A program made the translations under genes and the position numbers. 64,000 bases of DNA from a virus (Duplodnaviria; Caudoviricetes). Shown here one piece after another: positions 48,233-56,085 of the stretch. How positions within the stretch are numbered: the stretch's first letter is position 1; the number at the start of each line of letters is the position of its first letter. The notes under the pieces were generated by a model. That model saw nothing but the letters and a program-made list of their open reading frames with translations, ran no database searches and had not been told where the DNA came from. The stretch spans positions 41,506-105,505 of the IMG/VR virus record IMGVR_UViG_3300032270_000796. One strand, 5' to 3'.

Positions 48233-48382
48233 ATGACAACAAAGCGTGAATATCTAAAGCAGCAAGGCATCACAGTAGGTGTACGTGGGCGCTTCTCAGG
48301 AGCAGCCAAGGTAGCTCTAGCGGAAGCTGTAGCCAAGGGCGTTACATTTACTGCAGAGACCCCAGCCAACAAGGCTAAGTAA
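48233..48382 (+). CDS. Lsr2-like DNA-binding-domain-only protein (49 aa)
   Basis: RBS GAAAGGGG; MTTKREYLKQQGITVGVRGRFS.. resembles the Lsr2 C-domain (R.W...G..V..RGR). Confidence 0.6.
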   Translation: MTTKREYLKQQGITVGVRGRFSGAAKVALAEAVAKGVTFTAETPANKAK

Positions 48383-48389
48383 TCCAGGG

Positions 48390-48434
48390 TGGAGGTCGGG
48401 GCTTCGTTGGTCCTTGACCTCCTCTCTTATTTTT
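48390..48434 (+). terminator. Intrinsic terminator
   Basis: ggaggtcggggc...gtccttgacctcc followed by a T-rich tail. Confidence 0.55.
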
Positions 48435-48467
48435 GGTACAATTGACAGTTAGGCGGAAGGCGGACAT

Positions 48468-48839
48468 ATGAGTAAGACACCTGAAATCAAAGTAGCAGAA
48501 TCATTAGTTAATCTAATGGATGACCATTGGTTTAATCCAACAATGTTTGGTCGATATTTGGCGGAACAGCCATTGTATACAATTGACCGAGTTATGGAAA
48601 TGGTTGTATCAGTTATATCAGAGCAAGCAAAGATATATGATGTATATCTAAATAGGGGTACATCTTCTGAAGGTCTACTATTAGCCAATGAACTGAATGA
48701 ATGTATCAAGGCTTATCAACAAGATAACAATTTAAACAATCTTAAGTTGCCGTCCCGTTCTTACAAAGTAAAACGGGAGGAACCACTAGCAAGACCAAAC
48801 ATATTTGGATGGAAAGAAGAAACAGATCCATTCAGTTAA
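48468..48839 (+). CDS. Hypothetical protein
   Basis: Last plus-strand ORF of the module. Confidence 0.7.
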   Translation: MSKTPEIKVAESLVNLMDDHWFNPTMFGRYLAEQPLYTIDRVMEMVVSVISEQAKIYDVYLNRGTSSEGLLLANELNECIKAYQQDNNLNNLKLPSRSYKVKREEPLARPNIFGWKEETDPFS

Positions 48840-48899
48840 GTATAGGCATATACCAATGAATAGAAGAATGCCTGGTTAGATAGATAAACATATCTAGCC

Positions 48900-49400
48900 C
48901 AAATTATCCACAGGGTTATCCACATCCTGTGGATTTTTTGTATGCTGTGGGCATGAGGGCAACATTTTGCTTTTACGACACATGATCCAAATCCCTGAAA
49001 TTTCTAGCTCATGGGCCAAATTTTCTATTTACGAAGCCTTGACAAAAATCCCTGAAAATGCTACACAATAATGTCTATATGATTAATTATACATATAGAA
49101 TGTCGACAAATGTGTAGAGAATATGGCAAAATAGATCAAAATTCCTCATGAAATCTATTGACAAATATGGATCAATATGCTGCTATATATGTCCGAATTG
49201 TCCTATTGACATTACGTTTATGATGGGGTATGCTCAATTACATATGTATGTTTATATAGATATAACTATAGTATTTGATATGCTATCTATAGTATAAATT
49301 CTCCACTATGCTCCACTTTACTCCACTATATAAGCCTTAGAAGGGCTATTAGAGACTGGAGAAAAGGGAGGGGGATATAGGAGTTAGCTCCTAATTGGAT
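48900..49400. other. Non-coding repeat-rich region (origin- or terminus-like)
   Basis: DnaA boxes TTATCCACA at 48904 and 48916, AT-rich tract ~49230-49300, CTCCACT x3 with 10-bp period at 49301-49327. Confidence 0.5.
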
Positions 49401-49592
49401 CTATTTACAGACAGTGCAGTAGAACGGAGTTCTCATATTGTCTATATGGATCACAATTGTCTGAGCACATTTAGCGCATGTAGCTTGCATGAGGTCATGC
49501 TCCTCTAAATCATACATTGAGACTGTGAGACTTCTTGTGTAATATACCTTAGTTAGGTACCATGTAAGTGCTATTAGTATTATAGTTATCAT
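49401..49592 (-). CDS. Small membrane-anchored Zn-ribbon protein
   Basis: N-terminal TM; CAKC...CTVC. Confidence 0.55.
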   Translation of the reverse strand: MITIILIALTWYLTKVYYTRSLTVSMYDLEEHDLMQATCAKCAQTIVIHIDNMRTPFYCTVCK

Positions 49593-49601
49593 TGTTCTAG
49601 T

Positions 49602-49886
49602 TTACCATATTTTGCTCTTATTGACTTTAGACTTTCTAGTCCAGGTTGAGACTTTATGGCTAGGTGTTCCCATATATGTATCTTCAATTAATGCTTTATT
49701 CTTCTCTAGGTCTTGTATTGCTCTATTGAGTTCTATCATATCCTTAGCAGAAAGTCTCTTGCTTTCCAATTCCCGCCCATCAATTGCTTGAAGCTTGCGT
49801 CTAGTCTTTTCAATATCAGACAGACTCTTCTTTTTCTCAGCTTCGATAGATGCTCTAGATTGACCCTTGTATTTCTTTTTAGCCAT
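49602..49886 (-). CDS. Basic hypothetical protein
   Basis: ORF coupled to the upstream gene. Confidence 0.6.
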   Translation of the reverse strand: MAKKKYKGQSRASIEAEKKKSLSDIEKTRRKLQAIDGRELESKRLSAKDMIELNRAIQDLEKNKALIEDTYMGTPSHKVSTWTRKSKVNKSKIW

Positions 49887-50077
49887 TATCTATTAGGTCC
49901 AAATACGGGGGTTATTGTTGGATGCATATCGTCATCATCCGACCATTTACCTGTGGAATATCCTATTTGTGGATTTGGCATATCATCGCCCATGGCACCA
50001 CAATTGTCGCATGTGACCTGACCATCAAGATCTAATTTATAATCACACCCATATTTACCACATATTGCATCGCTCAT
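49886..50077 (-). CDS. Small Cys-rich protein
   Basis: Follows a TTGTCA-N17-TACAAT promoter. Confidence 0.6.
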   Translation of the reverse strand: MSDAICGKYGCDYKLDLDGQVTCDNCGAMGDDMPNPQIGYSTGKWSDDDDMHPTITPVFGPNR

Positions 50078-50287
50078 ATATTTATTGTAGCATATACGTC
50101 AGGTACTGACAATAGGGGTTCTTATTTTCCGCTTCACTTTTTCGCTTCACTAATTGCGATCTATATTAGACTATATAATCCTAGTCAACTACTTTAGCAA
50201 TTATGTGTTAATCCACATACGGTGCATTTACTGTCTAAGACAACGCAATCATCACACCAATCTGTGATAGGTTTATCTGAAGGTAAA

Positions 50288-50479
50288 TCAGTCATTTGCT
50301 TTCTCCATCTTCTTGCCAATTGACTCAGCTTTCTTTCTTACTCTTTCAGCTGATTCTATTGTATGATTTATGGATGCTTGAAAGGATTTGCACATTTTGC
50401 ATAGATCGAGCATATCTGGATAATTTGCCCAGGCTGCTCTATTTGTCTCTATTGAGCATGTTTTGCACATTGTAGCCAT
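50288..50479 (-). CDS. Small Cys-rich protein
   Basis: CKTC...CKMC. Confidence 0.6.
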   Translation of the reverse strand: MATMCKTCSIETNRAAWANYPDMLDLCKMCKSFQASINHTIESAERVRKKAESIGKKMEKAND

Positions 50480-50533
50480 TGTAGTTCTTTCTCTAATAAA
50501 GGGAAATCTCCCTTATAGAACTATTATACACCT

Positions 50534-50818
50534 TTAGGCTTCCCCGCCTTCTTCGTGCCCCAGAGGGCTATCACTCACGCCATATCTATCTGGATCGTCT
50601 AGTATCTCTTGCAGTAGCCCCACAGGCACATTGTGGCCAGCCTTGATATGTTCTCTTATATGAGTGATCAAATGTCCATCATCATGTATTTCTTCAGACA
50701 ATGAAAACAATGAATACTCATCTGTACGTTCATTGAGCCAACAGGCTTGACATTCGATCCATCCACCAACATGTGGATAAATATAGATATCGCTGTCAGA
50801 AAATCTGGCGTATGCCAT
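50534..50818 (-). CDS. Hypothetical protein
   Basis: MAYARF.DSDIYIY...ECQAC...H..EH...GH.VP. Confidence 0.7.
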   Translation of the reverse strand: MAYARFSDSDIYIYPHVGGWIECQACWLNERTDEYSLFSLSEEIHDDGHLITHIREHIKAGHNVPVGLLQEILDDPDRYGVSDSPLGHEEGGEA

Positions 50819-50929
50819 TACATTGCTTTCTTAACTTTGTTTAGGGCTCTATGAAACTTGATATATCTAATTGGGTTCTTCCAAAATCTAAGTGGAAGCT
50901 TTATCTTCTTATTTGCCATTGTATCCTCC

Positions 50930-51157
50930 TTATAAATGTATCTTATTCACAGGCTCTTTGGACCAGTGGATGTATGATTTAATATAAACTACAGCATAAG
51001 CAATAGCTGAAAATATAAACCCGTATTGTTTAGTTATTAAAGCATATGTTATCCATAGACATTCATTAAATAGAAGAACAAACCATCCCCATTTATCTTT
51101 TCTGCCTACGAAATATATACCCGCTACACCAATTACTGCCAATATCCATGACCACAT
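50930..51157 (-). CDS. PnuC-like small membrane protein
   Basis: WSW.L...G..G....GRK..WGW......LWI.Y.....QYGF. Confidence 0.6.
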   Translation of the reverse strand: MWSWILAVIGVAGIYFVGRKDKWGWFVLLFNECLWITYALITKQYGFIFSAIAYAVVYIKSYIHWSKEPVNKIHL

Positions 51158-51253
51158 GTTATACCCTTATCGTTAGATATCTATTATAGCATTAAATATG
51201 TCAACGTAGTTGACTAAACTGTCTCTACCGCCGCCGATTTCACTAATTGCGAC

Positions 51254-51907
51254 CTATATATGTAATTTATTAATTGGTTCTTTATGGCGAATATGTAAAA
51301 TAAAATTAGCTCTTTCTCCAGAAACAACATTTTCAACTGAATGTTGGGTATATCCATCAAAAAATACTAAAGAACCAGTTTTTGGATTGTACGATGTTGG
51401 ATTGTTTAATTCTAGCTTTTCATCAAAGGTGAGGTTATTATCATAAAAGGTGATACTTCCACCTTCATACTGATCGTTCAAATATAAGATTGCTGTATAT
51501 ATTTTGCCGCCTTCACCCCAATGGTCACAATGTGCATTTTGCCCATTTTCACCAATTTTATCAGAGCCAAAGCCTGCGCCAATTTTTTCTACACCAAAAC
51601 ATTTGTAATGCGAAGTTTCGTATATTATTTCTGAGTCTCTAAATCCAAATACTCTACACATACTCTTACCAATTAAATTAAATAAATCATATATTAAAGA
51701 ATCTTCCATTCCTTCATTTTTAAAAGAATTTAATAAGGAAAAAATGTCTGGGGTCCAGCCCATACAAACAGCATTGGATCCGCTATCTTCGTTTACATGA
51801 ATTATACATTTACCGTCTATATCTAGTAAATTAGATTCTTTCATATAAGAATTTATATATTTACAAGTTTCATTGCTAATGAAATTTTCAATTATTTGTG
51901 GTTTCAT
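51254..51907 (-). CDS. Fe(II)/2OG oxygenase
   Basis: HCD...LYLNDQYEGG...HSVENVVSGER. Confidence 0.88.
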   Translation of the reverse strand: MKPQIIENFISNETCKYINSYMKESNLLDIDGKCIIHVNEDSGSNAVCMGWTPDIFSLLNSFKNEGMEDSLIYDLFNLIGKSMCRVFGFRDSEIIYETSHYKCFGVEKIGAGFGSDKIGENGQNAHCDHWGEGGKIYTAILYLNDQYEGGSITFYDNNLTFDEKLELNNPTSYNPKTGSLVFFDGYTQHSVENVVSGERANFILHIRHKEPINKLHI

Positions 51908-51916
51908 TTATATCTC

Positions 51917-52153
51917 CTAATTTAAAGCTTCAGGTGAAGGAGTCGGACCTTCGTTATCAGGTTCGGAACCTGGAGTACTGCCGTTATACGAACCTGAAAT
52001 ATTCTTAGGAACAATTCGCTTAATTTCATATAAACAGTCTGGGCATTCGCCCTTGTACAACCAATTACCTGAATCTAAGATAACCATTTCGGTTAACCTT
52101 CCTTCTACATTCTTATTACACGGAACGCAGAAAGCACTCAACATTATTGTCAT
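51917..52153 (-). CDS. Small Zn-ribbon protein; reads through the tRNA-like element
   Basis: AFCVPC...YKGECPDC. Confidence 0.6.
   Translation of the reverse strand: MTIMLSAFCVPCNKNVEGRLTEMVILDSGNWLYKGECPDCLYEIKRIVPKNISGSYNGSTPGSEPDNEGPTPSPEALN
51928..51998 (-). tRNA. tRNA with CCG (Arg) anticodon on a Gln-like body; possibly degenerate
   Basis: TTCAGGT-TC-GTAT-AACGGCA-GTAC-T-CCAGG-TT(CCG)AA-CCTGA-TAAC-GAAGG-TCCGACT-CCTTC-ACCTGAA-G. Confidence 0.65.
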
Positions 52154-52270
52154 TCCTCTAAAAGGTGTTCATTTTCTTTAAATGCTTTTAGAATAGCTTC
52201 TCTTATTTTATCATTCTTTAATGCATTGTGCGTACCATTGCATTCTGGATACGCATCTGATAAGCCACAT

Positions 52271-52549
52271 TTACATAGCGCCATTTGTTTCAGCCTCTCT
52301 TAGCCACTGATCTTCCCATAATCCCATGAGAGATTCGTTACCTATATCATCAAAGTAGTAGCGATTGTTTACTGGATTAAATGTCCATCCGTACCATCTA
52401 TCTCCCTCTGACCATGTTAGGTTAGTTGGTCCTGCTTTTTCATATTCCCACATTGATCTATCTACAGATTGATATAGTCTCACTTCATCAAAAACTGCCT
52501 TGCGGAGTGGATCCCATTTAAATATTCTATTAACTAACCAATTAATCAT
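52271..52549 (-). CDS. Hypothetical protein
   Basis: ORF in a minus-strand operon. Confidence 0.65.
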   Translation of the reverse strand: MINWLVNRIFKWDPLRKAVFDEVRLYQSVDRSMWEYEKAGPTNLTWSEGDRWYGWTFNPVNNRYYFDDIGNESLMGLWEDQWLREAETNGAM

Positions 52550-52661
52550 TATTCTCTGGATCCTTTTCCCATGTAAGCTTTCCGTCTTTATACACTGGCC
52601 AATATCCTAACGGACGCCAGTCCATTTTCATAATCTTTGGCTCTTTCATATATTGAGTATA

Positions 52662-52811
52662 CTATATATGAGGGGGGCCGTCAATAGTCTTTAGGCGCTC
52701 CTGGCTCTCATGATACTGTAAATGAAAATCCATTAGTTGATATGTGACGGCACAGAAACAGATTGAGCAATGTGTTAGCCACTGAGACTTATCCTCCCAG
52801 TGTTTAGCCAA
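52662..52811 (-). CDS. Small C2H2-like Zn-finger protein
   Basis: TTG start; AKHWEDKSQWLTHCSIC...DFHLQYH. Confidence 0.5.
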   Translation of the reverse strand: MAKHWEDKSQWLTHCSICFCAVTYQLMDFHLQYHESQERLKTIDGPPHI

Positions 52812-52900
52812 CTACTTCATGCCCCTTAATTTTTTATACTCTTTAATAAAAGCAATTGCTGTAATTATTACTACTGACATGCACATAATTGAATAAAGTA

Positions 52901-53512
52901 TCATAGGAATTCACCAGTAAAATTAACATTTGCGCTTAATCTAAATTGAGATGTGTGCGGGTAGCTCCAACTATGAAACCTGTCTGAGTAGAATATAGCG
53001 CATGCTCCAGCTTTAGGGTGTATCTCTTTAATTATACTAAGATCTTCTACCGTTGTCTTTTTCCCATCGTACATCTTGTTATAAAGGGTTGTAGGGCCTT
53101 CTGAGTCATTAATATAGTACATGAAAGAGAACCCTCCAAACCTTCCATTAAGGTCTGTGTGGATTGGCAGAGTCCTTTGATCGCTATTCTTTACTGTCAG
53201 GTTAACTCTTACTCTTAAAAATTTATCAACACGAATATTATACTTATCTGCAAAGGCATTTAATATCTCTGATAAGATAGGGGTAGATAGACTTGGCATT
53301 CCTAGAATAGACTTGTCTCCAAGAAGTATCAGACCATCTTGTGTTTGATCGGTATCTATACCAGACAGTCCGTCAGTTTCTGCCCCAACAGTTTCCTGCA
53401 TATAGTAAGGCATATTCATAAATATTTTTTTATATTTTTCTATTTGTTCTTTGCTAAATATGTCTTCGTCATAGATATACCCTGGGTCTACCAAAAGGTG
53501 TTCGTTGCTCAT
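52901..53512 (-). CDS. Fe(II)/2OG oxygenase
   Basis: RVRVNL...HTD...YYINDSEGPT...FH...P....R. Confidence 0.75.
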   Translation of the reverse strand: MSNEHLLVDPGYIYDEDIFSKEQIEKYKKIFMNMPYYMQETVGAETDGLSGIDTDQTQDGLILLGDKSILGMPSLSTPILSEILNAFADKYNIRVDKFLRVRVNLTVKNSDQRTLPIHTDLNGRFGGFSFMYYINDSEGPTTLYNKMYDGKKTTVEDLSIIKEIHPKAGACAIFYSDRFHSWSYPHTSQFRLSANVNFTGEFL

Positions 53513-53673
53513 GTATATATCCTACTATTTCTATTAGTTTATTGCAATACTAGCTGACGTAAAAATTTCTCATATGAGTCTTACATACGGAAATTATTGT
53601 TGCCCCTAGCTGATCCCAGTAAATACCTGGCTCACTACAAAAATGACATTTGTCATCGTATGGTTTATTAACA

Positions 53674-53895
53674 TCAGTCGTGTTCATATCTATCTTTAAT
53701 TCTCCTCCACCTTCCCCATTGGGTAGGTACATCGAGTCCAATATACTCCTGGCCAGTTTCTAAGTCAATAAGAAGCCATTTCCCAGGAGATTTTGTATGA
53801 ATTGTTAAGTTAACAGCCTCTTCAAATTCGTGAACTTCTGCTCCTTGATACATTTTAGGTAAAAAGGTATAGACATTGTTAAGTAATTTTCTCAT
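53674..53895 (-). CDS. Hypothetical protein
   Basis: TKSPGKWLLIDLETGQEYIG. Confidence 0.65.
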   Translation of the reverse strand: MRKLLNNVYTFLPKMYQGAEVHEFEEAVNLTIHTKSPGKWLLIDLETGQEYIGLDVPTQWGRWRRIKDRYEHD

Positions 53896-54183
53896 ACAGA
53901 TACTATTATATCTTATTTAAACTGCTAATTCCTTTGGTAACATTATTTCGCATTTGTCACAGTAGTCATAAATAGATCCAGTGTACGGACATTGCCCAGC
54001 TTCAATTAAATTATGCCCATTAAAGTAACATTTAATTCTTTTAAAGTAATGACTAATCATCTTGCTTTTCTTTATCCCAAGGTGGAGGCTCAACTGGAGG
54101 TCTGCCATGTGACCCATCGCATACTGGATAGGACAAAGACCTACCGCATTGACACATTACTACTGCTGGATATTTTGTAGCCA

Positions 54184-54696
54184 TTATGCTGAAAGTATCT
54201 TTGATAAAGCGTTAATTGTTGCAGATATTCTACCGATATCTCTTAACTGCTCCACTGTGTATCCCTCTTCTTTTAATGTCTCATAATGTGCTTTTACACA
54301 AAAATGACACTTTCCTATAATAGATGAGGCTAGGGAGTAGGCTTCAAACTTTGCCTTTGTAGTTCCGCCATGAGTTGCAATAGCATTCATTCTTAGCTGT
54401 GCTGGTAACCCTTTAAGATTTGCATCGTTTGCCATTTCTATAAATGGATACCAAACATTATTTTGTGCCATGATTGCGCCAGCAGTAAGGGCTGCATTTT
54501 TTTCAACCTCATCCGTTGCATTTGCAACAATAAAAGTTAGCAGCTTAGAATTGCCAGTAGAAAAAGCAGCAGCTATTGAAAGATACAATGCATGTTCTGG
54601 ATCAATAGTTGATCTGTTTATCACAGCATCAAGATTTAATCTAATATCTTTTGCATACTCTGGAAGATTTTCGTTTAGCTGTCCTACCCAAGACAT
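54184..54696 (-). CDS. ahpD: Alkyl hydroperoxide reductase AhpD
   Basis: LPEYAKDIRLNL, MAQNNVWY, LRMN, FE..SLA.S...KCHFCV..H; directly after ahpC. Confidence 0.9.
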   Translation of the reverse strand: MSWVGQLNENLPEYAKDIRLNLDAVINRSTIDPEHALYLSIAAAFSTGNSKLLTFIVANATDEVEKNAALTAGAIMAQNNVWYPFIEMANDANLKGLPAQLRMNAIATHGGTTKAKFEAYSLASSIIGKCHFCVKAHYETLKEEGYTVEQLRDIGRISATINALSKILSA

Positions 54697-55232
54697 TATA
54701 GCGTTTCTCCACCAAGAGGTCTATTGCATGCACAAAGCTCACCAGTTTGGAGGGCATCTAGAACACGCAATGCTTCTCCTGCATTACGACCTACATCTAA
54801 GTTGTTGCATGTTACATGCTGAATAATGTTATCTGGATCTATAATAAATGTTGCACGGTATGTTACGCCAGATGTGTGATGTACCCCTAGATCATTTGCT
54901 AAGGCATGTGATGTATCTGCAAAAGACCATGAGTTAGTTTTCTTAAGATCTTCATGAGCATTTCTCCATGCAATCTTACAGAACTCGTTGTCTACTGATC
55001 CAGTCATAAGAACTGCATCTCTATCATTAAAGTCATTTACTAGTGCATCATAGGCAACAATTTCTGTTGGGCAAACAAATGTAAAATCTTTTGGATAGAA
55101 AGCAATAATCTTCCATTTTCCTGGGAATGAATCCTGCGTTAACACTTCAAATGAGCTATCTTCATAAGATAAAGCTCCTGGCTTAACTCCAGTTACTGCG
55201 AAGTTGCCTAATTTCTCTCCTACTGTTTTCAT
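54696..55232 (-). CDS. ahpC: 2-Cys peroxiredoxin AhpC
   Basis: FYPKDFTFVCPTEI; GRN..E.LRVLDALQT.ELCAC. Confidence 0.93.
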   Translation of the reverse strand: MKTVGEKLGNFAVTGVKPGALSYEDSSFEVLTQDSFPGKWKIIAFYPKDFTFVCPTEIVAYDALVNDFNDRDAVLMTGSVDNEFCKIAWRNAHEDLKKTNSWSFADTSHALANDLGVHHTSGVTYRATFIIDPDNIIQHVTCNNLDVGRNAGEALRVLDALQTGELCACNRPLGGETL

Positions 55233-55320
55233 ATTACTACCGAATCTAATACAATGTCTACAGCATCATCCAATGATGTAGTGTGTTCTTTGGAACAATT
55301 ACCGCATTCTTTGCACACGG

Positions 55321-55527
55321 TTAAACTTTCTTTCTGCCGCTTTTCTTTGGAGGTCTAGGTACTAAGCTAGTCTCTCTTCTTATCCCATGTTTATTTGTAT
55401 CAATCTTAACACCTTGTCTTGGATACCTTTTAGGGGTGCTTGTGCTTGTAACAGCACCAGCTGGTGCACCAGCATTTGCTGGTGGCACCGTGCCAGTACC
55501 ATCTTCTTTTTTTAAACTATCTGACAC
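55321..55527 (-). CDS. Small basic hypothetical protein
   Basis: ORF track. Confidence 0.5.
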   Translation of the reverse strand: MSDSLKKEDGTGTVPPANAGAPAGAVTSTSTPKRYPRQGVKIDTNKHGIRRETSLVPRPPKKSGRKKV

Positions 55528-55657
55528 TAATCTATATCCTGTCCGTTTGCGCCTTTAGGCTCTGACATTTCATGTGTCGATGATTCTTCTATTTCCACAG
55601 ACATCATTCCTGATGCTGATCCGACAGAGTTAGACTGACAACCGCATTCAATACACA

Positions 55658-55852
55658 TTAGTTGCAGTTCTCACAATCTTTTACTGCACATTCGGCATCG
55701 CCTCTTGTGTCTCTAGTGCATTCTGCTCCAGACTTAGCTGGGGCTGCAACTGGTGCAACTGCAGGTGTTGCTACTGCAGGTGTTGCTACTACTACTGCTA
55801 CTACTGCTTCAACTGATGGAGCAACAACTTCTTCTTTATCAAATAGACCCAT
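55658..55852 (-). CDS. Small Ala/Val/Pro-rich protein with Cys tail
   Basis: ORF track. Confidence 0.5.
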   Translation of the reverse strand: MGLFDKEEVVAPSVEAVVAVVVATPAVATPAVAPVAAPAKSGAECTRDTRGDAECAVKDCENCN

Positions 55853-56085
55853 TTTTACTTTGGGCCCTGTGCTGATGCTTGGTTAGAAACATCTGTTGCT
55901 GGAAATGCAGCTGCTGGTGCTTCTGTGTAGTTTTCTGTTGCCCATGGTGATGATCCTACTGGCTTTGTTTCGTTAAATCCTTTTAAATCTTTTCCGTCTG
56001 ACATGTTGTGCTCCTATAGGTTATTTATTTAAGCGGGACTAGTATTCCGCTTATGGATCTATTATAGCATTTGGTTGATTAAAAC

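Larger units (their letters stand above)
36354..49058 (+). repeat. Dispersed element GGG-N13-TTACG-N15/16-CCCTGRAA, 10 copies
   Basis: TTACG (or one-off variant) at 36370, 37252, 38528, 39891, 42194, 43493, 45770, 48142, 48973, 49029. Confidence 0.8.

Noticed and set aside
36300-49060. Dispersed repeats as a CRISPR array or integron attC sites
   Set aside because: Only short anchors are conserved; no attC R/L box structure, and no cas or integrase gene in the window
50083-50111. Minus-strand TGTCAG as an additional PafBC-type promoter
   Set aside because: No TANNNT at a 10-nt spacer; fits TTGTCA-N17-TACAAT instead
52694-52825. Apparent multi-stem ncRNA on the minus strand
   Set aside because: Fully explained by the end of one small ORF and a 49-aa C2H2-like ORF (52662..52811)
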